Assembly: GCA_024281825.1 (NCBI GenBank)
Contig: JAMWZY010000003.1
Coordinates: forward strand, 43,026-75,025
DNA length: 32,000 bases
Direction: 5' to 3'
Source: Nitrosomonas sp.
Lineage (GTDB): Bacteria > Pseudomonadota > Gammaproteobacteria > Burkholderiales > Nitrosomonadaceae
Within the stretch, counting starts at the first letter, position 1, and every line of letters begins with the position of its first letter. The position numbers were made by a program, and so were the translations under genes. This document shows positions 24,776 to 32,000 of the stretch, piece after piece. The notes beneath the pieces were generated by a model, which saw only the letters and a list, made by a program, of their open reading frames with translations, made no database searches and was not told the origin of the DNA.

Positions 24776-27451
24776 TTAATGCCTCCGGTACTTGATGCAC
24801 GCGTTGCTATCCGAAGCCAAGAGTATCCCACGTTGCCTTTCATCATTGCATAGATAGTCGACCCCTCCCTTAAATCCTTCTGAAATACGGTAATATAATT
24901 TCCGTACTGGCACACCATCACGCTCAATAACTTTGTATTCAATGCTACCCGGTTGCTCCAATAGTTTTTCAACGTCAATTCCTTCGACACCTTTCCGGGT
25001 TCTTTCCAGATGATGGCGTTTCATTCCAACCTGTATGATCGGTCGATCCGAAGGATGCTGAGAAGGAAGCCAAAAATCATACATAGCCGCACTGTCGCCA
25101 AAAATATTACGTGATCGAATATCCAAAGGTTTATCTTGCCCGTGAGTATAAAAATATAATGCACTTGCTACAGACCACTTACTCATGCCAATGATGATTG
25201 GTTCTTGACCGCTTTCATTTCTAACCTGCTCAACAATTTGGCTGACTTCTTTAGCACTCTCTCTCCAGAAATAATGTTCAGTGAAAAACTGATAGGGAAC
25301 GCCCGGAATACCCAGCACAATATAATGCAACAGTAGTGCATACGAAAACACGCAAATCACAATGGTAATTTGCCATGCAGATCGCATACGCTGAAAAAAG
25401 GTATTGTGATGATCTATTTGAATAATCATCCACGCGATACTCGGCAATAATGCCAACCAGATAGGGCCTGTCCAATGAAAACGCGGGGTATCGAACGTGC
25501 TCAATGCTAAGCAAATTAGCAAAGGTATACCCGCAAAAATCTGCACAAACAAACGTTGCCGCGCTTCATACTGCACGTCTTGTAGCTTGATTTTTGCAAA
25601 AAATGCCCATGCTGCAGCAATAAAACCTACTGGCGTCAATAAAATTAAAGCATGAAGAATAAAGTGGTGTACAGAAAAGGCATAACCATCAGTTAGAACC
25701 CGATGCGACTGAAATGCAAAGGATGCCCAAGCGTTGGTATAGTTCCAGTAAATAACAGGAGAAAATAATAACAATGCTAACAAGGCGGAAAGATAAGGGT
25801 ACGGGCGCATCATCCAACGCCGCGCAGTAGGATCGACAATCACAAACACCAATGCGGCTATTCCTAATAGCCCCAGAGTATATTTGGATAATAGACCAAT
25901 ACCAAAAGCGATTCCCATACCCAGCCAGGCGCTGCGTTGACCTGATAGCAATGCGCGTTCCATATAATAGAGCGTAGCCATCCATGCGGCTACAAGCGAT
26001 GCATCCGGCATCATCAATAAACCCGAAACAAATCCAACTGGCAAAACCACCATCAGCAACACACTTAACATGGCCGTTGATTTGTTATAGAGGTTGGACG
26101 CAAATGCGTACAAATAACCAATCGCAATAAAGCCACATAATAGTGAACCGATCCGCACGCCGAATTCATTATGGCCAAACACGGTCGTTCCAAGCCAAAT
26201 CAACCACGAAACCATTGGCGGATGATCGTAGTAGCCTAAATCCATATGTTGCGAATATTGCCAATAATAGGCTTCATCAGGTATCAATTCTGCCAAGCCA
26301 GCATAGACTAGACGTAACAAGATTGCGAATATAAAAATCCCGATTGCTGCGGTTCGCCAGCGAATTTCTAATGGCGTAACTTTGCTGTTATTTGGAAAAA
26401 CATAAAACGCGGATCCAAGGTAATTAACTATTGCCGTCGTCACAATGGCTGGAAAAATAGCCAATAGGGGCGGCAGTTCCCAAACATACACCAACAATGC
26501 CAATACGCCACCGCGTAATAGCAATGCCAGCGCGGCAACCATTAAAAAACGGCCAAAATGATTCCAACGCAAATAACCTGCGTGATGCTCCCGGAATGAC
26601 CATTTTGAATTAAAGATATAGTTACTGGTGGCAGCTACGAAAAAACTGACAAAATGGGACAAAGCAAGTCCTGCACTCTGCGTCATCATCCACTGAAAAA
26701 CCAACGCATCAATAACGACACCGATCAGCCCCACAATCGCAAAACGACCTGCTGTATTTAATGTGGCCGTGCCGCCTGCTAGCGTAATCAAGCGTTGTAA
26801 ATAAGCCTGCTGATGAAACAAAGATAATTTGGAGGTACCATGGGTACGATCCCGGAAACAAATCGGAATCTCTGTAATACGTACTTTTCCATGATTAGCC
26901 ATGAGCAATTCAAGCAGAATTTTATAGCCTTGTGCTTCATTCGAAATGCTGTCAGCAAGCTTCCTGCGAAACGCAAAAAAACCCGAGGTAGCATCATTTA
27001 CATCGCAAATCGGACGCGCTATCCATCCCCCAATCCGTGACAACAACTTTCGGTGTAAAGGCCAGTTTTCTATACTACCACCTGGGATATAGCGACTACC
27101 CACAGCAATATCATATTGACCTTCAAGTATGGGTGAAACAACTGCTGGAACACTTTCCGGTGGATGGCTCAAGTCAGCATCCATAACAACAATCACTTCA
27201 CTTTGAGCAACTGCGACACCTGCGAGTATAGAAGCAGTCAAATCAGGCTTGGCTTTTCTCTCTATTAAGCGAACATTTGAATTGACGCCCCAGGCGTTAA
27301 CCTTATCTTGCGTACCATCAGCAGAGCCATCATCAACAACAATAACTTCAAAATGATCCGCAGGAAAATTAAGCGCAAATAGACGTCCTAACAGTGAATC
27401 GATGTTCTCAGATTCATTGAGTGTGGGTATTACAATCGAGAATTGCGTCAT
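24776..27451 (-). CDS. fusion protein: GT2 polyprenol-phosphate glycosyltransferase + GtrA-like domain + GT-C (ArnT/PMT, GT39/83-like) glycosyltransferase
   Basis: 891-aa ORF. Residues 1-225 look like Dpm1/ArnC/GtrB (FSIVIPTLNESENI, VVDDGSADGT, VMDADLSHPP, SGFFAFRR). Residues about 233-352 are GtrA-like (RFAIVGLIGVVIDALVF ... NYIFNSKWSF ... VNYLGSAFYVF). Residues about 365-720 are a polytopic GT-C with the periplasmic-loop motif LIPDEAYYWQYSQHMDLGYYDHPPM. Residues about 720-891 form a soluble C-terminal domain. Confidence 0.85.
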   Translation of the reverse strand: MTQFSIVIPTLNESENIDSLLGRLFALNFPADHFEVIVVDDGSADGTQDKVNAWGVNSNVRLIERKAKPDLTASILAGVAVAQSEVIVVMDADLSHPPESVPAVVSPILEGQYDIAVGSRYIPGGSIENWPLHRKLLSRIGGWIARPICDVNDATSGFFAFRRKLADSISNEAQGYKILLELLMANHGKVRITEIPICFRDRTHGTSKLSLFHQQAYLQRLITLAGGTATLNTAGRFAIVGLIGVVIDALVFQWMMTQSAGLALSHFVSFFVAATSNYIFNSKWSFREHHAGYLRWNHFGRFLMVAALALLLRGGVLALLVYVWELPPLLAIFPAIVTTAIVNYLGSAFYVFPNNSKVTPLEIRWRTAAIGIFIFAILLRLVYAGLAELIPDEAYYWQYSQHMDLGYYDHPPMVSWLIWLGTTVFGHNEFGVRIGSLLCGFIAIGYLYAFASNLYNKSTAMLSVLLMVVLPVGFVSGLLMMPDASLVAAWMATLYYMERALLSGQRSAWLGMGIAFGIGLLSKYTLGLLGIAALVFVIVDPTARRWMMRPYPYLSALLALLLFSPVIYWNYTNAWASFAFQSHRVLTDGYAFSVHHFILHALILLTPVGFIAAAWAFFAKIKLQDVQYEARQRLFVQIFAGIPLLICLALSTFDTPRFHWTGPIWLALLPSIAWMIIQIDHHNTFFQRMRSAWQITIVICVFSYALLLHYIVLGIPGVPYQFFTEHYFWRESAKEVSQIVEQVRNESGQEPIIIGMSKWSVASALYFYTHGQDKPLDIRSRNIFGDSAAMYDFWLPSQHPSDRPIIQVGMKRHHLERTRKGVEGIDVEKLLEQPGSIEYKVIERDGVPVRKLYYRISEGFKGGVDYLCNDERQRGILLASDSNACIKYRRH

Positions 27452-27499
27452 TTGACCTCATCGAGGTAAAACTCTGACTCAAAATAGTCTGCGGTAAGA

Positions 27500-28507
27500 T
27501 TATCTTTGTCTTTTTTGGTACTCATTGACCGCTTTGTTATGATCGATTAGATTAGTAGAAAAATGCGACTCACCATTACCTTTTGCAACAAAATACAACG
27601 CTTCGGTTTGAGCTGGATTTAGTGCAGCACGGATAGAAGCAAGGCCAGGTAATGCAATTGGGGTGGGAGGCAAACCCGCACGAGTATAGGTGTTGTATAC
27701 CTGATCTGCAAGCAAATCTTTTTTACGCAAATTACCGTCAAATTCTTTACCTAAGCCGTAAATGACGGTTGGATCCGTTTGCAAGCGCATCCCTTTTCGG
27801 AGTCGATTGATGAAAACCCCAGCGATTTCAGATCGATCGCTTTCTAGTCCCGTTTCTTTTTCAATGATTGAAGCAAGAATCAAAGCTTCATAGGGCGTGG
27901 TAAGCGGTAGTAATTCCGAGCGCGCCAACCAATGTGTTTGCAGGTGATTTTGCATCGCTTGATAAGCACGACGAAAAACATTAAGATCACTGTCACCACG
28001 AACAAAGAAATAAGTATCCGGAAAGAAAAGCCCTTCCGCTAATGTTTCAGTGGCGCCAATATGTTGTAAGATTTGCAACTCACTAAGCTCAATCGAGTCA
28101 TGCTTGATATCAGGGTGATCGTTGAGTGTCTTACGCAATTGCGCAAATGTCCAGCCCTCGATAAACTTTATTTCTCTTTGTTTACTGTCACCTTTTGTCA
28201 GATAACGCAGCAATGCGACCTGTGTCAAGCTTTCTGAAATTTCATAGTCACCTGCTTTAATTGCAGATTCTTGATCCAGATAACGTGCAAGAAAAATGAA
28301 AGACCATTTGGTAGGAATTATACCTACTTCAGCCAATTGCTTAGCAACTTGATTGAGATTGCTACCCGATTGAATCGATAATTCAAAGGGTTTCGTTGGT
28401 AAGGTAATAGATGAATGAACGTGCAAATAAAGCCAACTTACCGCTAACATTACTATCAGCATAATAGCAAACAGAATGCCTGTTAGCGTACGAACCCACC
28501 CTGTCAT
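27500..28507 (-). CDS. mltG: endolytic murein transglycosylase MltG (YceG family)
   Basis: 335-aa ORF with an N-terminal TM anchor and YceG blocks: FIEGWTFAQL, EGLFFPDTY, ASIIEKETG, VFINRLRKGMRLQTDPTVIYG, YNTYTRAGLPPTPI and HNKAV. It keeps the conserved position after fabF. Confidence 0.9.
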   Translation of the reverse strand: MTGWVRTLTGILFAIMLIVMLAVSWLYLHVHSSITLPTKPFELSIQSGSNLNQVAKQLAEVGIIPTKWSFIFLARYLDQESAIKAGDYEISESLTQVALLRYLTKGDSKQREIKFIEGWTFAQLRKTLNDHPDIKHDSIELSELQILQHIGATETLAEGLFFPDTYFFVRGDSDLNVFRRAYQAMQNHLQTHWLARSELLPLTTPYEALILASIIEKETGLESDRSEIAGVFINRLRKGMRLQTDPTVIYGLGKEFDGNLRKKDLLADQVYNTYTRAGLPPTPIALPGLASIRAALNPAQTEALYFVAKGNGESHFSTNLIDHNKAVNEYQKRQR

Positions 28508-28510
28508 GTG

Positions 28511-29752
28511 TTAAATTTTTCGAAACACAAGTGTCCCGTTTGTACCCCCAAATCCAAAGGAATTGGACAATGCAACTTTAATAGGCATTTCTCTCGCCAC
28601 ATTCGGAACATAATCCAAATCGCATTGTGGATCTTGATTAACGAGATTAATCGTAGGCGGAGCAATTTGGTGATGAATTGCAAGCACAGAAAATATGGCT
28701 TCTACTCCACCTGCCGCACCCAATAAGTGCCCTGTCATGGACTTTGTTGAACTAACCGCGAGTTTATTTGAATGATTGCCAAAACAACGTTTAACTGCAA
28801 CCGTTTCAGCAAAATCCCCAAGTGGGGTAGAGGTGCCATGCGCATTGACATAATCCACTTCATCGACATTAATTGCTGCATTTTTCAATGCACCCGACAT
28901 GCATCGAGCTGCACCTTCCCCATCATCACTTGGTGCAGTCATATGATATGCATCCGCACTCATGCCAAAACCTGCAAGTTCAGCGTAAATTTTTGCACCG
29001 CGTTTCTGAGCATGATGCATTTCTTCGATGACCAACACGCCTGCGCCTTCCCCAAGCACAAACCCATCGCGAGCAATATCCCAAGGGCGACTCGCAGATG
29101 CGGGATTCTCATTGCTTGTCGATAGCGCTTTAGCAGCCGAAAACCCACCAATCGCAAGCGGTGTCACACAGGATTCTGCGCCGCCGCATACCATGACATC
29201 TGCATCACCGTATTCAATCATTCGCGCAGAATGACCAATGCTGTGCGTAGCAGTGGTGCACGCTGTGACAATCGCTATATTAGGCCCTTTATATCCGTAC
29301 ATAATGGATAAATTACCGGCGATCATATTAATAATGGTGCTAGGAATAAAAAAAGGAGATATTTTGCGCGGCCCACCTGCATGATAAACAGCGTCAGTAT
29401 TTTCTATCATCGGCAATCCACCAATACCCGATCCGATATTGACACCAATTCTTTCAGCATCAAGACGAGTCAAGTCTTCCAGATTTGCATCTCGAATAGC
29501 TTGAATCCCGGCCGCCATGCCAAAATGAATAAAAGTATCCATGCGCCTCGCTTCTTTAACCGACAGATAGGCTTGTATGTCGAAATCTTTCACCTCACCC
29601 GCAATTTGTGAAGCGAAATTAGAAGCATCAAACCGGCTAATCCTAGAAATTCCAGACTTACCCGAAATAATATTTTTCCAAGCATTTTCTACCGTATTTC
29701 CGACAGGCGAAACAATACCTAGCCCAGTAACTACTACCCTACGTTTGGACAA
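28511..29752 (-). CDS. fabF: beta-ketoacyl-ACP synthase II
   Basis: 413-aa ORF with [16 protein letters not shown], active-site [13 protein letters not shown] and NSFGFGGTN. Confidence 0.95.
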   Translation of the reverse strand: MSKRRVVVTGLGIVSPVGNTVENAWKNIISGKSGISRISRFDASNFASQIAGEVKDFDIQAYLSVKEARRMDTFIHFGMAAGIQAIRDANLEDLTRLDAERIGVNIGSGIGGLPMIENTDAVYHAGGPRKISPFFIPSTIINMIAGNLSIMYGYKGPNIAIVTACTTATHSIGHSARMIEYGDADVMVCGGAESCVTPLAIGGFSAAKALSTSNENPASASRPWDIARDGFVLGEGAGVLVIEEMHHAQKRGAKIYAELAGFGMSADAYHMTAPSDDGEGAARCMSGALKNAAINVDEVDYVNAHGTSTPLGDFAETVAVKRCFGNHSNKLAVSSTKSMTGHLLGAAGGVEAIFSVLAIHHQIAPPTINLVNQDPQCDLDYVPNVAREMPIKVALSNSFGFGGTNGTLVFRKI

Positions 29753-29793
29753 AATAACTCCATTCGTTGATGAAAACTAAAAGAACAGGACTT

Positions 29794-30030
29794 CTAATTG
29801 GTGTGAGCAGATACGTAATCGATCGCTTCTTGGACAGTATTGATTTTTTCTGCTTGTTCATCCGGAATTTCGCAGTCAAACTCTTCTTCTAGTGCCATGA
29901 CCAATTCAACCGTATCCAGTGAATCAGCACCTAAATCGTTAACGAAAGACGATTCATTCTTAACTTCCGCTTCATTTACACCCAATTGTTCAGCAACAAT
30001 CTTTTTAATACGCTGCTCAATATTTTCCAT
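29794..30030 (-). CDS. acpP: acyl carrier protein
   Basis: 78-aa ORF with the phosphopantetheine site [20 protein letters not shown]. Confidence 0.97.
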   Translation of the reverse strand: MENIEQRIKKIVAEQLGVNEAEVKNESSFVNDLGADSLDTVELVMALEEEFDCEIPDEQAEKINTVQEAIDYVSAHTN

Positions 30031-30145
30031 CTAAATACATTCCTTTTCAGGTAAGAAAAACTTTTTCATTTTAACAAATTTTTGAATCCAACAAAACTGC
30101 AACACCCTTTATTTTTTGTCTTCTGAATATCTCGCAGATAAGTCA

Positions 30146-30883
30146 TTAATCCATATACATTCCACCATTCACGTGCAACGTAGTACCCGTAATATAGCTT
30201 GCTGCCGATGAGGCAAGAAAAGCAGTAGCTGCAGCGACTTCTTCGGGGCGACCTAGTCTACCAATGGGCACGTGTTGAATCAAACTTTGCTGATGCTCAT
30301 TAGGTAATGATCGTGTCATGTCCGTATCGATAAAACCAGGTGACACGCAGTTCACAGTAATATTTCGACTGCCGACCTCGCGCGCTAATGATTTGGTAAA
30401 TCCAATCATACCTGCTTTCGCAGCTGCATAATTAGCTTGCCCCATATTACCCATGGAACCGACCACAGAGGAAATATTAATAATTCGCCCATAGCGTGCT
30501 TTCATCATAGCACGCAGCACTCCGCGGCTTAAACGAAACACGGATTTAAGGTTAGTTTCAAGAATATCATCCCATTCTTCATCTTTCATGCGTACCAATA
30601 AATTATCACGGGTAATTCCAGCATTGTTAACCAGAATCTCGACTTCACCAAACTTCTCGCGAATTTTTTGAAATGCTTGATCAATTTGTTCTACGTTATT
30701 TACATTGAGAACAATACCGTTTCCTTTAATGCCCGATTTCTCAAGATACTGCGTAATTGTATTGGCACCATTTTCGGTTGTTGCAGCACCCACTACAATA
30801 GCCCCATTCTGCCCTAGCTTGAGTGCAATGGCCTGCCCTATTCCACGACTTGCGCCAGTAACAAGTGCTATTTTATTTTCCAA
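30146..30883 (-). CDS. fabG: 3-oxoacyl-ACP reductase
   Basis: SDR motifs are IALVTGASRGIG, NNAG and YAAAKAG. The track start (30901) is a TTG placed upstream of a GGAGGTG Shine-Dalgarno. The TTG at 30883, 6 nt after that SD, gives (M)ENKIALVTG and a 245-aa product that matches canonical FabG length. Confidence 0.92.
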   Translation of the reverse strand: MENKIALVTGASRGIGQAIALKLGQNGAIVVGAATTENGANTITQYLEKSGIKGNGIVLNVNNVEQIDQAFQKIREKFGEVEILVNNAGITRDNLLVRMKDEEWDDILETNLKSVFRLSRGVLRAMMKARYGRIINISSVVGSMGNMGQANYAAAKAGMIGFTKSLAREVGSRNITVNCVSPGFIDTDMTRSLPNEHQQSLIQHVPIGRLGRPEEVAAATAFLASSAASYITGTTLHVNGGMYMD

Positions 30884-30941
30884 AACAACACCTCCATGCA
30901 AAGCATGTGCAATTCTTTATAAACACTTTTCATAATTTTTA

Positions 30942-31880
30942 TTATTGTAAAAGATTAATAGCTTGCTCGATCAATTGTCGATCGGATAAAGATAAATGCT
31001 GTAATTTAGGTTCTATACGTTTGTTCAATCCCATTAAAACTTTTCCAGGACCACACTCAACAATATGCGTTACCCCTTGATTTGCAAAAGCCTGTATCGT
31101 ATCTATCCATCGCACAGGTTTAACAAGCTGCCGAATAAGAATATCTTTAATTGACTCCGCATCAATGTGTGATGTTACATCTGCATTATGCAAGATCGGT
31201 AGCTTGGGTATATTTAAAGTTTTTTGCGCTAATTGCTGTTGCATATTATTAGCCGCTGGTTGCATCAATGAGCAGTGCGAAGGAATACTCACAGGCAGTA
31301 TGATCGCGCGCTTTGCGCCATGAGACTGCACCATTGTAATTGCTTTCTGGACAGCATGCCGATGCCCAGCAATAACAATTTGTCCGATAGAATTGAGGTT
31401 AGCGACTTCCACTACTTCGTCTTTGGCTTGGCCGGTTATATCAACACATACTGCATGAATAATATTTTCTTCCAATCCTAAGATTGCCGCCATTGCTCCC
31501 ACACCCTCGGGAACAGCTTGTTGCATTGATTGTGCACGGAAACGCACCAATTCAAGAGCATCTCTGAAACTCAGCACTTCTGATACAACTAACGCGGTAT
31601 ATTCACCCAAACTGTGGCCCGCAAGAATTGTGGGGGCACCGCCACCCAAACTTTGCCAGGCACGATACACTGCAACACCCGCTGTAAGCATCAAAGGTTG
31701 TGTATTCACTGTCTGATTGAGATCATCCGCCGAACCCGTACAAACCAGTGCCCACAAATCTTGATGGAGTACCTCAGATGCTTCTGCAAAAGTTTGTTGG
31801 ATTTCTGGCAAATCAGAATAACCGTTCATCATGCCGACCGATTGAGAACCTTGACCAGGAAAAACGAATGCAACTTTCAT
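30942..31880 (-). CDS. fabD: malonyl-CoA:ACP transacylase
   Basis: 312-aa ORF with FVFPGQGSQ, the active site GHSLGEY and the usual FabD C-terminal blocks. Confidence 0.95.
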   Translation of the reverse strand: MKVAFVFPGQGSQSVGMMNGYSDLPEIQQTFAEASEVLHQDLWALVCTGSADDLNQTVNTQPLMLTAGVAVYRAWQSLGGGAPTILAGHSLGEYTALVVSEVLSFRDALELVRFRAQSMQQAVPEGVGAMAAILGLEENIIHAVCVDITGQAKDEVVEVANLNSIGQIVIAGHRHAVQKAITMVQSHGAKRAIILPVSIPSHCSLMQPAANNMQQQLAQKTLNIPKLPILHNADVTSHIDAESIKDILIRQLVKPVRWIDTIQAFANQGVTHIVECGPGKVLMGLNKRIEPKLQHLSLSDRQLIEQAINLLQ

Positions 31881-31882
31881 AA

Positions 31883-32000
31883 TTACCAGCGCAGTAAAAC
31901 AGCGCCCCAGGTAAAGCCACCGCCAACACCTTCTAGCAGAACCAATTGATCTGGCTGAATACGACCATCGCGTACAGCGATATCGAGTGCGAGCGGAATC
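31883..32000 (-). CDS. fabH: beta-ketoacyl-ACP synthase III, C-terminal 38 codons (gene runs off the right edge)
   Basis: Absent from the ORF track because it is truncated. Manual minus-strand translation gives [38 protein letters not shown]. This is close to the E. coli FabH C-terminus (..[35 protein letters not shown]). Confidence 0.85.
   Translation of the reverse strand, partial: IPLALDIAVRDGRIQPDQLVLLEGVGGGFTWGAVLLRW

Noticed and set aside
24764-24788. CCGGAG...CTCCGG inverted repeat between the convergent DUF4019-like gene and the GT fusion gene, as a bidirectional terminator
   Set aside because: The stem is only 6 bp with a 13-nt loop, there is no flanking T/A tract, and the right arm lies inside coding sequence. 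This is too weak to call.
24754-24990. 78-aa minus-strand ORF overlapping the 3' end of the large glycosyltransferase fusion gene
   Set aside because: It is out of frame within the 891-aa ORF and reaches into the stop region of the convergent DUF4019-like gene. It is a shadow ORF.
1-32000. CRISPR arrays, tRNA/rRNA genes, IS elements, integrases, prophage or toxin-antitoxin modules
   Set aside because: I scanned all intergenic regions longer than 60 nt and all ORF translations. I saw no spaced direct repeats, no cloverleaf-like segments, and no transposase, recombinase or phage-like proteins.

Overview
This looks like ordinary chromosome from an AT-rich proteobacterium. The best guess is a Nitrosomonas-type ammonia oxidiser. 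That guess rests only on a full-length AmoC/PmoC-family gene whose sequence I recognise as betaproteobacterial AmoC-like. I support 30 protein-coding genes, two of them cut by the window edges. I found no rRNA, tRNA, CRISPR array, transposase, integrase or phage gene. Gene order from left to right: a truncated membrane protein and a 660-bp gene-free AT-rich spacer; a membrane-anchored Bcp peroxiredoxin; a DUF2141-like protein; a Lon-like protease translationally coupled to a CDF metal exporter; a cytoplasmic triple-PAS histidine kinase with a LuxR-type response regulator; an orphan monocistronic amoC (amoC3-type) with candidate sigma-70-like and sigma-E-like promoters and a perfect 20-bp palindrome; an uncharacterised secreted, membrane-anchored protein just downstream of amoC; an alpha/beta hydrolase; a thioredoxin-like [2Fe-2S] ferredoxin; a five-gene minus-strand glycan operon (GT4, Wzx-like flippase, GT4, WecB/TagA/CpsF glycosyltransferase, sulfotransferase); a minus-strand cluster of secreted 11-repeat ankyrin protein, glycerophosphodiesterase, GlpD and FGGY kinase; pgeF/yfiH; zupT; a DUF4019-like protein; an 891-aa GT2-GtrA-GT-C (ArnT/PMT-like) fusion; mltG; and the fabF-acpP-fabG-fabD-fabH cluster. 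My best candidate for an undescribed system is the region at about 5.9-10.1 kb: two-component system, then palindrome and dual promoter, then orphan amoC, then an unknown periplasmic protein predicted to mature with an N-terminal histidine. Secondary candidates are the Lon-like/CDF pair, the sulfotransferase-containing glycan operon, the ankyrin-glp cluster and the three-function glycosyltransferase fusion. All functional calls come from motif and family recognition by eye. No database search was run.
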